A stretch of 64,000 nucleotides of DNA from Takakia lepidozioides (Eukaryota; Plantae; Bryophyta): positions 74,276,001 through 74,340,000 of the forward strand of contig CM060733.1 of assembly GCA_030704615.1 (NCBI GenBank). Reading direction: 5' to 3'. This document shows positions 11,743-24,469 of this stretch, piece by piece. A program made the position numbers and the translations under genes. The notes under the pieces were generated by a model, which saw only the letters and a program-made list of their open reading frames with translations, was not told the origin of the DNA and made no database searches. How positions within the stretch are numbered: the first letter of the stretch is position 1; the number at the start of each line of letters is the position of its first letter.

Positions 11743-12465
11743 TGTCGCGCACCTCACTTCGGTAAGCTCCCCTTCAAGTCATAGTTACTCGCTTTGATGC
11801 GCGCGCCTGACTCCCAACCTGGCCGCCCGGGCCGACTTGGAGCTTCGGCTGCTCACCGGGACATAACGGTCCCCCTTCGCTTCCCTCTAAACCCTCCACC
11901 TATTTGGGACTAGGAGAATTCCCTTTGGTAGATGGCAGTCCGGAACAGCTCCCCACTCTTTGGTCGCTTTCCGGCTCGTTCGCTTACTCACTAGTTTTTG
12001 GTCACCAACGGGCTTGCACCGTTCTCGGGGTTACTACTCCCTATATATACTTCTGTAGCTGTCCGCGGGGGTTTCATAACCAGCCATGCCATTTTATGGC
12101 AAACCACCACGAAAACCCTCGACTCCCAGTGATGAGTCGCGGTGTGTCTTGGCCCACTCATCACGGCCCCCATGGACCGTGATGAGTCCCAAGACTCCCC
12201 ACGACTCCCACCACGAGGTCTCCGCCCCCATGGTGAGTCCTATGCCACCCCCACTAAGTCCCGCTAAGCTACCACCACCCCTTGTGGAGCCCCCCCACCG
12301 CAACCCGGTGTGCGGGGCTCCACCTAGTGAGGGCCTCCGCCTCCTTGAGTGCCTTGGGCACTCAAGGGTGCTTCAGCCCCCCATACCTATCGCTGCCAAT
12401 GCCCCACTACAGGGGCAGCCCCTCATGTGTCCCGACCCCCTGCCCTCAAGGCAAAGGCCGCGACA
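11743..12465 (-). repeat. 3' LTR of chromovirus
   Basis: Near-identical to 18287-19012; preceded on the minus strand by the purine-rich TGGTAGGGGTGTG. Confidence 0.9.
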
Positions 12466-13314
12466 CACACCCCTACCAACAGGGAGTCGATGTCCTCATC
12501 GACTTGTCCATTTTGTAGAAACGAACATCCAAGTTGTGGCGTCCCACATCAAGGAGTTTGTTTCCGCACCATGGCGTCCCATGGCAAAGAACCAAACCCC
12601 ACACTTGACTCTACTCTCCACTAGCTAGTTCGGCCGACTTCCTCCAAGTCCCGGCCAAGGGTGGAGCCTCTCCAGCTCCTCCCAGTGCACTCTTCTTGGC
12701 CTACTTCAAGGCCAAGGAACGATCCTCCCCGAGGATCAAATCGCCTTACTGCAACAACAGTGCTTGCGATCGCTCATGATGCCGCTTTTGGCATCACCTT
12801 GAGCAAGGGTTCCCTGGAACCCTCTTTGACTAGGAAGATAACCTTGAACCAACCGTGCGCCCCAATCACTACAATTGGGTCCGCCTTGGAATGCTGGCTT
12901 GAGGTACGGGAACACGCCGAAGCCGCACTACGACTTCGTCGCGAGGCTACACGATTATAGTACGTGAACGGAAGCACGTAGCTTCCGCGTTAGCCCGCAC
13001 TACAAGGCAACCCCCTCGGTAGCGCAGTTATAGTACGCGCACGCGCCAGGTGCGCACTAGCACGTGAACTCCCAAAGAAGTCGCAAGTTTGCTTGCCCCT
13101 TGGATGGGGTCACCCGATTTCGGCACTACGCAAACACACGATTAACCCAATTTACCTCTCCCACTTTTATAAGCTAGCATGCATTCTACACACTAGCCAA
13201 CCATACCATGCATCACCATTCCAAACAAAATAGGCCGCACAACATTTGGAACCCATTTCCTTTATAACAAATTTTTGTACAATACAAGTTTTTGTAATCG
13301 GATTCTTAAGCTAG

Positions 13315-16300
13315 CTAAGCCGGGCTAAGCATGCATTTCCTCCCCCACGCTCCAAGGTTGATGTCCCCATCAACGTATCTTCCGCTTTGAGGTCGCCCTT
13401 CGAAAGCTACAACCGCCTCGGATGCGTTTCCCATTTCTGAGGCACGCACCCAAGATGCCTCCACATGATGATAGCCCTTCCATTTGACGAGATACTCCGT
13501 TTCTCGGTTCTTGAACCTCCTCGACTTAAGTATTGCCTCCACCTCGTACTCAGGTTCATTTTCATGATCCAATAGCCTAGGTAACGGAAGCAACACTTGA
13601 TGCCGATTCGGACGCGCTTCATCTTTGAAGTAAGGCTTCAAAAGGGAGACATGGAATACTGAGTGCACCTTGCTGTTTGCCGGCAGCTCCAATTCATACA
13701 CATCCTCATTCATAACCTTCCGAATGCAAAAGGGTCCCGCATACGGAGGTACGAACTTCGGACTCACTTCCGGAGGTAGTCGGAAATTCTTGATGTTCAA
13801 CCAGACCTCTGTGCCTGCCTCAAACTTCACTTCCCTCCGCTTCCGATTCGCCTGCCTTTCACACCGTTTCCTGGCTTTGGCAATGTTGTACTTTGCGAGC
13901 TTCAACAAACGCTCGCGTTCTTCCAGTACCGCCGCTACTGCCGGTTCCTCAACGTCCTGGGCGGCCCAACTTGTCGGCACCAGAGGTGTTTTTCCATAGA
14001 CCAATACGAAAGGGGAAACTCCCATTGCGGAGTGTTCTGTGTTATTATAATAGAACTCTGTCGCGTCTAAGTGTTCCACCCAGTCTGTTTGGTCTGCTGA
14101 CACGTAATTCCGCAAGATCTGCTTCACTACGGAATTCACCCTTTCTATTTGGCCGTCGGTCGTAGGTCGGAAGGCGGTGCTCATCTTCAGCCTCGTCCCC
14201 ATCTTCTTCCAAAGTGTCCTCCAAAATTTACTCGTAAACTTTGGATCGCGATCCGAGACAATATCCTTCGGGACTCCATGATTCTTTAAGACGTGGGTGA
14301 AGTAAAGTCACCCTGTCTCCTGCGCCGTTGCCATCTCCTTGGTGGGGATGAAATGGCCCATTTTACTGAACCTATCCACCACCACCATGATTGCATCGAA
14401 TCCTTTTGACAGCGGCATAGCAGTCATGAAATCCATCGAGACGCTTTCCCAAGTCCCCTCTGGAATCGGCAAGGGTTGTAACAGCCCCGCTTGCTTTTTG
14501 TACTCGCTCCGGTTTTGTTGGCATGTGGTGCATGTCTTGACATACTCCTTTGCCTCCTCCCTCAGTTTGGGCCAGAAATACTCTTTCTTCAAGAGTGCCG
14601 CAATGCGCTCGGCTCCGCTGTGGCCCGCAAGCGGGCTATCATGGCATTCTCTCAAGAGGCTATCTCTGATCCCTCCCTTCGGCACGTAGAGACGCTTTTG
14701 CTTATACCAAAGCAGTCCATTTTGCAAGTGGAATTGCAATTTAACCCCCATCCTCAAGTCCTGCATCACGGACTTCGCCAGCTCATCCTTCCGAAAAGCC
14801 TTCCGGATCTTCCTTTGAAGCGCCGTCTTGCCCTTGTACACCAACAAGAGCTGCTGCTTTCTACTTAAAGCATCGGCCACAATGTTGTCCCGTCCCGGTT
14901 TGTACTGGATATCCACGTCGAACACCGCCAAAGTATCTTGCCACCTAAGTTGTTTTGGGGACAACTTGGGCTGCGTGGCAAAATACTTCACCGTGACATT
15001 GTCCGTGAACACCTTCACTGGGTTGGAACCAACATAGTGGCGCCAAAGCTCAAGACAGTGCACCACCGCTTTCATCTCTTTCTCGTGCGTCGGCCACCGT
15101 CGCTCCACTTCATTCAGTTTCTTACTTTCGTAAGCCACTGGACGTCCATCTTGCATCAGTACACCCCCAATCGCGAAGTCCGACGCATCTGTATGAATCT
15201 CGAACGGACGATCGAACTCCGGGATTTTCAAGACTGGAGCTTCCGCCATCCGCTGCTTCAATTCAGCAAAAGCTTGGCCACAAAAGGTGTTCCATGCCCA
15301 GACTTTGGATTTACACAGAAGGTCCGACAGCGGCCCCGCGATCTTGGCAAAATTTCTCACATACTTCCGGTAATAGGAGGTGAGTCCTAGGAAGGATTGC
15401 ACTCCCGGGACCGAAGTCGGAGGCTCCCAGTCCAAGATCGCCCTCACCTTCCTGTCATCCATTCTGATCCCATCCTGTGTAATCACATGCCCCAGGAACT
15501 TCACTTTGACGATCGAACTCCGGGATTTTCAAGACTGGAGCTTCCGCCATCCGCTGCTTCAATTTAGCAAAAGCTTGGCCACAAAATGTGTTCCATACCC
15601 AGACTTTGGATTTACACAGAAGGTCCGACAGCGGCCCCGCGATCTTGGTGAAATTTCTCACATACTTCCGGTAATAGGAGGCGAGTCCTAGGAAAGATCG
15701 CACTCCCGGGACCGAAGTCGGAGGCTCCCAGTCCAAGATCGCCCTCACCTTTCTGTCATCCATTTTGATCCCATCCTGTGTAATCACATGCCCCAAGAAC
15801 TCCACTTTCGTGACCCCGAATTCGCACTTTGAAGCTTTGGCGTACAGCTTCCCTTCCTGCAACTTTTGGAACACCCTTTTGAGGTGCTCCAGGTGCTCCT
15901 CCTTTGTTTTCGAGTACACCAAGATGTCGTCGATGTACACGATCACAAAGTCATCCAACCACTCCTGAAAAAGGCTGTTCATCAACGTGCTAAAGGTCGC
16001 TGGTGCATTGGTGAGCCCAAAAGGCATCACCAAGAACTCATATGAACCATACCTTGTCCTGCACGCGGTCTTCTCCTCATCTCCTTCCGCCACCCGAATT
16101 TGATGATAGCCGGAGCGCAAGTCGATCCGGCTGAAATACTTCGCTCCTGCCAACTGATCGAAGAGGTCGTCAATCCTTGGCAAAGGATACCGGTTTTTGA
16201 TAGTCACCTTATTCAGAGCCCTGTAATCGACACACATCCGCAGCGTCCCATCCTTCTTGTCTGCGAATAGCACCGGGGCTCCGTAAGGTGACTTACTCGG

Positions 16301-16507
16301 CCGGATGTACCCCTTTGACATTAGATCCTTGAGCTGAGTCTTCAACTCGACCAACTCTCTGTGGCTCAACCGATAGGGCGCCTTGGCAGGCGGTTCCGAT
16401 CCCGGTATCACCTCAATCTTGTGGTCAACTCCTCTTCGCGGTGGCAAGCCGCTTGGTAAATCCTCCGGCATCACATCCTGGTATTTCTCCAAAATCCCTT
16501 GATCCAA
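13315..16507 (-). pseudogene. pol: pol (RT, RNase H, integrase, chromodomain), frameshifted
   Basis: LRSGYHQ, YIDDIL, TDASD...YES, H...GH...C..C, SMDF, TDGQ.ERVN and EYEVEAIL...EYLVKWKGY. Broken by a 301-bp duplication and a stop at 14308. Confidence 0.93.
15207..15808. repeat. 301-bp tandem duplication inside pol
   Basis: 15207-15507 and 15508-15808 both encode [10 protein letters not shown]...KIPEFDR, with several differences. Confidence 0.88.
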
Positions 16508-18285
16508 TCTGGGCTCGGCTCCCCATCGCCTTCTCCCTTCACTTCTCTAATGTAAAGCAAAAACTGGGGTTCGTGTGCCTCCTCCACGGCCCACTCCCTT
16601 GCTGACAGAAGGTTTATTCGCCCTCCCACGGATTTGGGTGTTTCCGACACTCGTAAGACCTCGCCACCATTCCCACATGGCAGCGTGACTACTCTCTTGC
16701 GGCCATCTATGACCGCTCCGGATTTACTTAGAAAGGTCATCCCCAAAATGAGATCTACTCCACCGATCTCGCAGATGGTGAAGTTCTCACGTCCCTCCCA
16801 ACTCCCCAGTTGAAGAGGAACATTAAACGCCAACCTTGTCGCCAACTGTGGTTCTCCTTTGGCAGAACGCACCTCAATAGAGGCCCCCATGTCACTTGTC
16901 GGGAGTCCCAGCTTTTGTGCCGCCGCCGGTGTCATGAAGGAGTGCGACGCTCCTGTGTCCACCAACAACGACACATTAGTTCCGGATATTATCCCATCCA
17001 CGAACAATAACTGACTCCCTTTACGCAGGGCGCCAGTTTCCTGATACAACTCACAAGAATAGTTGCCTACCTTGCAAGTCCTGGCAACCACCGCTTCCAC
17101 CAAGCGACTGATGGTATCTTCCGACAGCTCCGTGGTCGCCCGAGTCATGTTCAATTGCCGAGGCTTCGTGCACTTCTTGGCCATGTTCCCGGGCTCCCCG
17201 CAATTGAAACACACTCCATCAAAGGTCGCCTTCTGTCCGCCATAAGCCGCTCCACCCGCTTTTCCTTTTGAAGCACCGGGTGCCGCCTTGACGTGTGAAG
17301 GCCTTCCCTTTGATTTCCACGTGCCATTATCGCCGCGTGGCCTATCCCACTTCTTTTCCGGTCGGAAGGAGTCACCTTCCCGCCGGGTCTTCTTGTGGTT
17401 CAGCTCCGTACGGCCTTGTCTCTCACCCCTAGGGACATCCGAGAAACATTCAGCCCTCTCAATTGCCTCGTTCAAAGTCTTGGGTGGCTTCTCCTCCAAC
17501 TTCCGCCTGGCCCATGGGGCCAGTCCCGCCACAAAGTTGAAGACCATTTCTGGTTCTGCCATGTCCGCAACTTCGAGCAACAGCACATTGAAAGCCTGGA
17601 CATACCCCCGAATGTCATCTGTTTGCTTCAAATTCCTCATCTTGTCCCGGGCAAGCCAGGACGCGTTGAGGGGCACAAACTGTCTCTTCATCAATTCCTT
17701 GAACCCACTCCAGTTCAAGGTTTCCGGGCTTGGGCCTCGGTCGTGAAGGCGTTTCTGCCACCATTGTTGAGCATAGCCCCTCAAATAGGTGGGAGCCACT
17801 TCCACCCGATCCTCGTCACTCAACTTGGCCGCCTGGAAGTACTGCTCTAGCTCCAGGAGCCAGGTGTTGAGTGCCTTCCGATTTCGAACGCCCTCGAAGG
17901 TGTCGGGTTCCTTAGGCTTCACCTTAAACTTTGCCTTAGTGGAAGTGGCATTAGCCGCCTTCAACACGTCTTTCAACGTCCCGCAAAACTGCGCCAACAA
18001 CCCTTCCCAAAAGGCTGCCGGCATGGGAGGCATCTCTTGGTTTGTCGGAGCTCTCAAGGATTCCTCGGGCTCCGACTCCTCGGATTCCTCCCGCTCTTGA
18101 GCGGCCTCGTTTTCGGAAACATTCATCGCTTCCTCAAACGGCCGCCTCGGTGACACGTCGCCCCCATCGGGCTCACCAGGATCATCATCTTTTGGGCCGT
18201 TCCGCTTTCGCTTTGGCTTGCCCGACCCCATGATGAGGCCAATCCCAAGGACGATCGCGTACTGAACTCTAAGCTCTGATACCAA
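16471..18285 (-). CDS. gag: gag + CCHC-like knuckle + aspartic protease
   Basis: [11 protein letters not shown]...L..W...LEQYF; [14 protein letters not shown]; [11 protein letters not shown]...LILGMTFL. Confidence 0.9.
   Translation of the reverse strand: MVSELRVQYAIVLGIGLIMGSGKPKRKRNGPKDDDPGEPDGGDVSPRRPFEEAMNVSENEAAQEREESEESEPEESLRAPTNQEMPPMPAAFWEGLLAQFCGTLKDVLKAANATSTKAKFKVKPKEPDTFEGVRNRKALNTWLLELEQYFQAAKLSDEDRVEVAPTYLRGYAQQWWQKRLHDRGPSPETLNWSGFKELMKRQFVPLNASWLARDKMRNLKQTDDIRGYVQAFNVLLLEVADMAEPEMVFNFVAGLAPWARRKLEEKPPKTLNEAIERAECFSDVPRGERQGRTELNHKKTRREGDSFRPEKKWDRPRGDNGTWKSKGRPSHVKAAPGASKGKAGGAAYGGQKATFDGVCFNCGEPGNMAKKCTKPRQLNMTRATTELSEDTISRLVEAVVARTCKVGNYSCELYQETGALRKGSQLLFVDGIISGTNVSLLVDTGASHSFMTPAAAQKLGLPTSDMGASIEVRSAKGEPQLATRLAFNVPLQLGSWEGRENFTICEIGGVDLILGMTFLSKSGAVIDGRKRVVTLPCGNGGEVLRVSETPKSVGGRINLLSAREWAVEEAHEPQFLLYIREVKGEGDGEPSPDWIKGFWRNTRM
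18273..18284 (-). other. Primer-binding site, tRNA-iMet
   Basis: TGGTATCAGAGC on the minus strand, 2 nt from the 5' LTR. Confidence 0.92.
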
Positions 18286-18286
18286 G

Positions 18287-19012
18287 TGTCGCGCACCTCA
18301 CTTCGGTAAGCTCCCCTTCAAGTCATAGTTACTCGCTTTGATGCGCGCGCCTGACTCCCAACCTGGCCGCCCGGGCCGACTTGGAGCTTCGGCTGCTCAC
18401 CGGGACATAACGGTCCCCCTTCGCTTCCCTCTAAACCCTCCACCTATTTGGGACTAGGAGAATTCCCTTTGGTAGATGGCAGTCCGGAACAGCTCCCCAC
18501 TCTTTGGTCGCTTTCCGGCTCGTTCGCTTACTCACTAGTTTTTGGTCACCAACGGGCTTGCACCGTTCTCGGGGTTACTACTCCCTATATATACTTCTGT
18601 AGCTGTCCGCGGGGGTTTCATAACCAGCCATGCCATTTTATGGCGAACCACCACGAAAACCCTCGACTCCCGGTGATGAGTCGCGGTGAGTCTTGGCCCA
18701 CTCATCACGGCCCCCATGGACCGTGATGAGTCCCAAGACTCCCCACGACTCCCACCACGAGGTCTCCGCCCCCATGGTGAGTCCTATGCCACCCCCACTA
18801 AGTCCCGCTAAGCTACCACCACCCCTTGTGGAGCCACCCCCACCGCAACCCGGTGTGCGGGGCTCCACCTAGTGAGGGCCTCCGCCTCCTTGAGTGCCTT
18901 GGGCACTCAAGGGTGCTTCAGCCCCCCATACCTATCGCTGCCGATGCCCCCACTACAGGGGCAGCCCCTCATGTGTCCCGACCCCCTGCCCTCAAGGCAA
19001 AGGGCCGCGATA
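18287..19012 (-). repeat. 5' LTR of chromovirus
   Basis: Matches 11743-12465; followed by TSD GACCA. Confidence 0.9.
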
Positions 19013-19356
19013 GACCAAGGCTCACAGGCACCATCTAAGTGGATCTGCGGAGTCCATTGACGATTGGAAGTCGCACATTGAAGTGGAAAGTATTGTTTCA
19101 AGCTACATGCATGAAGGTGGGAGGTGTGATTCCATATCCAGTAAGTATGACAATGATGGCCGATTCGGCGACGAAATAACATCTCCTAACAGTTTCTCCT
19201 GAGGAGGGATCCAGCAGTATTCTCGGTGCAGACATGAATGTTCGCACTGACAAGTGCCAGGACTGTGAGTTAAAACGGTTAGACAACCAAGTTGTGCTCA
19301 TTAAGACAGGCCGCAATTGTGTTGTTTCGGAACAACGCAACCCATTGAGGTTCCGC

Positions 19357-20660
19357 ATGCGGAAATGAGGTTCCGCATTTCCGTCCGGAGTAATACTTCG
19401 ATTGCTGTTGGACGGAAATACGGCGCCGCATTTCCGTTTTGCATCTTAGTCATGCACCAGTGCGACGGAAATGCGGCACCGAGTTTCCGTCCGCAGGAAA
19501 CCTTTATACTCTCCAGAACGGAAATGCGGTGCCGCATTTCCATCCAACAAGTACGGTATGTGACAGGGAACGGAAATGCGGTACCGCTTTTCCGTTCTGA
19601 TTGAAAATCATGAACCACTGGAACTGAAATGCGGCACAACACTTCCATCCGAGTCGCACCTTCCGACATTCCACAACGGAAATGCAGCGCCGCATTTTCG
19701 TTTTGTATCTGAGGCATGGAGCTGAGGGACGGAAATGCGGCACCGCATTTCCATCCGGTTGAGACCTTCATACTCTCTTGAACGGAAATGCGGTACCGCA
19801 TTTCCGTACTGACTGAAAATCGTGAACCATCGGAACTTAAATGCGGCACCGCATTTCCGTTCTGACTGAAAATTGTGAACCATCGGGACTGAAATGCGGC
19901 ACCGTATTTCCGTCCGGGTGAGACCTTCATACTCTCCAGAACGGCAATGCGGCACGACATTTCCGTTCAACAACTAAGGTATGTGAAGGTGGAACGGAAA
20001 TGAGGTACCGCATTTCCGTTCTGATTGAAAATCATGAACCGCGGGAACTGAAATGCGGCACCGCATTTCCGTCCGAATCGCACCTTCCGACATTCCAGAA
20101 CGGAAATGTGGCGCCGCATTTCTGTTTTGTATCTGAGGCATGGAGCTAAGGGACGGAAATGCGGCACCGCATTTCTGTCCGGTTGAGACCCTCATACTCT
20201 CCAGATCGGAAATGCGGTACCGCATTTCCGTCCGAGTCGCACCTTCCAACATTCCAAAACGGAAATGCGGCACCGCATTTCCGTTCTGACTGAAAATCGT
20301 GAACCATCGGAACTGAAATGCGGCACCGCATTTCCGTCCGAGTCGCACCTTCCGACATTCCAGAACGGAAATGCGGCGCCGCATTTCCGTTTTGTATGTG
20401 AGGCATGGAGCTGTGGGATGGAAATGTGGCACCGTATTTCCGTTCAACAACTAAGGTATGTGAAGGTGGAACTGAAATGCGATACCGCATTTCCGTTCTG
20501 ACTAAAAATCATGAACCACGGGAACTGAAATGCGGCACCGCATTTCCGTCCAAGTCGCACCTTCCGACATTCGAGAACGGAAATGCGGCGCCGCATTTCC
20601 CTGTTGTATGTCAGGCATGGAGCTGTGGGACGGAAATGCGGTGCCGCATTTCCATCCCTG
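19357..20660. repeat. Array of ~24 palindromes (AC)GGAAATGCGGCGCCGCATTTCC(GT) with ~5 recurring spacer types; upstream region of transposase copy 2
   Basis: ~55-bp period. Spacers such as TCTGACTGAAAATCGTGAACCATCGG, CCGAGTCGCACCTTCCGACATTCC and TTTGTATCTGAGGCATGGAGCT recur in a higher-order pattern. Confidence 0.9.
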
Positions 20661-20694
20661 TGAGACCTTTATACTCTCCAGACCTTTATACTCT

Positions 20695-23600
20695 CCAAGG
20701 TGCCCTACCGGTTGAGCCACAGAGAGTTGGTCGAGCTGTAGACTCAGCTCAAAGATCTAATGTCAAAGGGGTACATTCGGCCGAGTAAGTCACCTTACGG
20801 AGCCCCGGTGCTATTCGCAGACAAGAAGGATGGGACACTGCGGATGTGTGTCGATTACAGGGCTTTGAATAAGGTGACTATAAAAAACTGGTACCCTTTG
20901 CCAAGGATCGACGACCTTTTCGATCGGTTGGCAAGAGCAAAGTATTTCAGCCGGATCGATCTGCGCTCCGGCTATCATCAAATTCGAGTGGCGGAAGGAG
21001 ATGAGGAGAAGACCGAGTGCAGGACAAGGTATGGTTCATATGAGTTCTTGGTGATGCCTTTTGGACTCACCAACGCTCCCGCGACCTTTAGCACGCTGAT
21101 GAACAGCCTTTTCCAGGAGTGGTTGGATGACTTTGTGATCGTGTACATCGACGACATCTTGGTGTATTCGAAAACAAAGGAGGAGCACCTGGAGCACCTC
21201 AAAAGGGTGTTCCAGAAATTGCGGGAAGAGAAGCTGTATGCCAAAGCTTCAAAGTGCGAATTCGGGGTCACAAAAGTGGAGTTCCTGGGGCATGTGATTA
21301 CACAGGATGGGATCAAAATGGATGACAGGAAGGTGAGGGCGATCTTAGACTGGGAGCCTCCGACTTCGGTCCCGGGAGTGCAATCCTTCCTAGGACTCAC
21401 CTCCTATTACCGGAAGTATGTGAGAAATTTTGCCAAGATCGCGGGGCCGCTGTCGGACCTTCTGTGTAAATCCAAAGTCTGGGCATGGAACACCTTTTGT
21501 GGCCAAGCTTTTGCTGAATTGAAGCAGCGGATGGCGGAAGCTCCAGTCTTGAAAATCCCGGAGTTCGATCGTCCGTTCGAGATTCATACAGATGCGTCGG
21601 ACTTCGCGATTGGGGGTGTACTGATGCAAGATGGACGTCCAGTGGCTTACGAAAGTAAAAAACTGAATGAAGTGGAGCGACGGTGGCCGACGCACGAGAA
21701 AGAGATGAAAGCGGTGGTGCACTGTCTTGAGCTTTGGCGCCACTATGTTGGTTCCAACCCAGTGAAGGTGTTCACGGACAATGTCACGGTGAAGTATTTC
21801 GCCACGCAGCCCAAGTTGTCCCCAAAACAACTTAGGTGGCAAGATACTTTGGCGGTGTTCGACGTGGATATCCAGTACAAACCGGGACGGGACAACGTTG
21901 TGGCCGATGCTTTAAGTAGAAAGCAGCAGCTCTTGTTGGTGTACAAGGGCGAGATGGCGCTTCAAAAGAAGATCCGGAAGGCTTTCCGGAAGGATGAGCT
22001 GGCGAAGTCCGTGATGCAGGACTTGAGGATGGGGGTTAAATCGCAGTTCCACTTGCAAAATGGACTGCTTTGGTATAAGCAAAAGCGTCTCTACGTGCCG
22101 AAGGGAGGGATCAGAGATAGCCTCTTGAGAGAATGCCATGATAGCCCGCTTGCGGGCCACGGCGGAGCCAAGCGCACTACGGCACTCTTGAAGAAAGAGT
22201 ATTTTTGGCCCAAACTGAGGGAGGAGGCAAAGGAGTATGTCAAGACATGCACCACATGCCAACAAAACCGGAGCGAGTACAAAAAGCAAGCGGGGCTGTT
22301 ACAACCCTTGCCGATTCCAGAGGAGACTTGGGAAAGCGTCTCGATGGATTTCATGACTGATATGCCGCTGTCAAAAGGATTCGATGCAATCATGGTGGTG
22401 GTGGATAGGTTCAGTAAAATGGGCCATTTCATCCCCACCAAGGAGACGGCAACGGCGCAGGAGACAGGGCGACTTTACTTCACCCACGTCTTAAAGCATC
22501 ATGGAGTCCCGAAGGATATTGTCTCGGATCGCGATCCAAAGTTTACGAGTAAATTTTGGAGGACACTTTGGAAGAAGATGGGGACGAGGCTGAAGATGAG
22601 CACCGCCTTCCGACCTACGACCGACGGCCAAACAGAAAGGGTGAATTCCGTAGTGAAGCAGATCTTGCGGAATTACGTGTCGGCAGACCAAACAGACTGG
22701 GTGGAACACTTAGACGCGACAGAGTTCTGTTATAATAACACATAACACTCCGCAACGGGAGTTTCCCCTTTCGTATTGGTCTATGGAAAAGCACCTCTGG
22801 TGCCGACAAGTTGGGCCGCCCAGGACGTTGAGGAACCGGCAGTAGCGGCCGTACTGGAAGAATGCGAGCGTTTGTTGAAGCTCGCAAAGTACAACATTGC
22901 CAAAGCTAGGAAACGGTATGAAAGGCAGGCGAATCAGAAATGGAGGGAAGTGAAGTTTGAGGCAGGCACGGAGGTCTGGTTGAACATCAAGAATTTCCGA
23001 CTACCTCCGGAAGTGAGTCCAAAGTTCGTACCTCCGTATGCGGGACCATTTCGCATCCGGAAAGTTATGAATGAGGATGTGTATGAATTGGAGCTGCCAG
23101 CAAACAGCAAGGTGCATCCAATATTCCACGTCTCCCTTTTGAAGCCTTACTTCAAAGATGAAGCGCGTCCGTTGCGTCCGCCACCTGTGCTGTTGGATCA
23201 TGAAAATGAACCTGAGTACGAGGTGGAGGCAGTACTTAAGTCGAGGAGGTTCAAGAACCGAGAAACGGAGTATCTCGTCAAATGGAAGGGCTATCATCAT
23301 GTGGAGGCATCTTGGGTGCGTGCCTCAAAAATGGGAAATGCATCCGAGGCGGTTGCAGTTTTCGAAGGGCGACCTCAAAAGCGGAAGAAGCGTTGATGGG
23401 GACATCAACCTTGGAGCGTGGGGGAGGAAATGCATGCTTAGCCCGGCTTAGCTAGCTTAGGAATCCGATTGCAAAAACTTGTATTGTACAAAATTTGTTA
23501 TAAAGGAAATGGGTTCCAAATGTCGTGCGTCCTATTTTGTTTGGAATGGTGATGCATGGTGTGGTTGGCTAATGTGTAGAATGCATGCTAGCTTACAAAA

Positions 23601-23862
23601 GTGGGAGAGGTAAATTGGGTTAATCGTGTGTTTGCGCAGTGCCGAAATCGGGTGACTCCCATCCAAGGGGCAAGGAAACTTGCGCCTTCTTTAGGAGTTC
23701 ACGTGCTAGTGCGCACCTGGCACGTGCGCATACTATAACTGCGCTACCGAGGGGGTTGCTTTGTAGTGCGGGCTAACGCGGAAGCTACGTGCTTCCGTTC
23801 ACGTACTATAATCGTGTAGCCTCGGGACGAAGTCGTAGTGCAGCTTCGGCGTGTTCCCGTAC
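20695..23862 (+). mobile_element. Internal fragment of a second chromovirus copy (no LTR)
   Basis: Highly similar to the reverse complement of ~12905-16385; cut at 23862 by the MULE-like terminus. Confidence 0.9.
20760..23396 (+). pseudogene. pol: pol RT-RH-IN-chromo with one in-frame TAA (22743)
   Basis: 661-aa and 206-aa ORFs in the same frame, with canonical gypsy motifs and a terminal chromodomain. Confidence 0.92.
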
Positions 23863-24469
23863 GAGGTTAGCTATTTCATGAGCATGAGCGGCATGAGCGG
23901 AGTAGTAAGACAATCAATTTTCATGAGCAAAAGTACAAATTTCGAAAATAAAAAAACAATAAAAATAAACAATAAAAATAAAAATAAAAAAACAAACAAT
24001 AAAAACATTAATTTAATGCAATGTGTAAGGAAAAACAAATATATTATTCGGCCCCTTGAAGGGAAAATTGTAGTTTTGACAGTAGTGCTCATGATATTTC
24101 GTCTTCCGTTCATGCCAATTCCCAGCGACATGTGCAAATATGGCGCCGAATTTCGCGGTAATAGGGTCCGTAACCTGAAAAAACGGCGACGAATTTCGCG
24201 GTAATAGGTCTCTCTGGCGAAAAATGGTGCCGAATTCCGCGGCTATAGGTCTCCTCATGACAGGTAATTCGGCGCCATTTTTCCAGTGCATGTTCGGACT
24301 TAGCCAGTTTTCGGCGCAAAATAGGGAAATTCGGCGTCATTTTTCCAGACACTGTACCAGTGCATGTTGGGACTTAGCCAGTTTTCGGCCCAAAAAAGAG
24401 AAATTCGGCGCCATTTTTCCAGACACGGTACCAGTGCATGTTGGTCAAAGTCGTTGGACCGTAAAATGT

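Larger units (their letters stand above)
11743..19012 (-). mobile_element. Full-length Ty3/gypsy chromovirus (Galadriel-like)
   Basis: Two ~725-bp LTRs with TGTCGCG...CGCGA(C/T)A ends, 5-bp TSD GACCA (11738-11742 and 19013-19017), iMet PBS, and gag-PR-RT-RH-IN-chromo order. Confidence 0.93.

Noticed and set aside
12466-13335. Extending the chromovirus LTR to 1.6 kb (11743-13335)
   Set aside because: The TSD GACCA and TGTCGCG/CGCGACA termini define ~725-bp LTRs; this stretch is internal.
19357-20660. CRISPR array (palindromic repeat + ~28-nt spacers)
   Set aside because: Spacers recur in a higher-order pattern, repeats are degenerate, no cas genes are present, and the context is eukaryotic. 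The same applies to 3586-4725.
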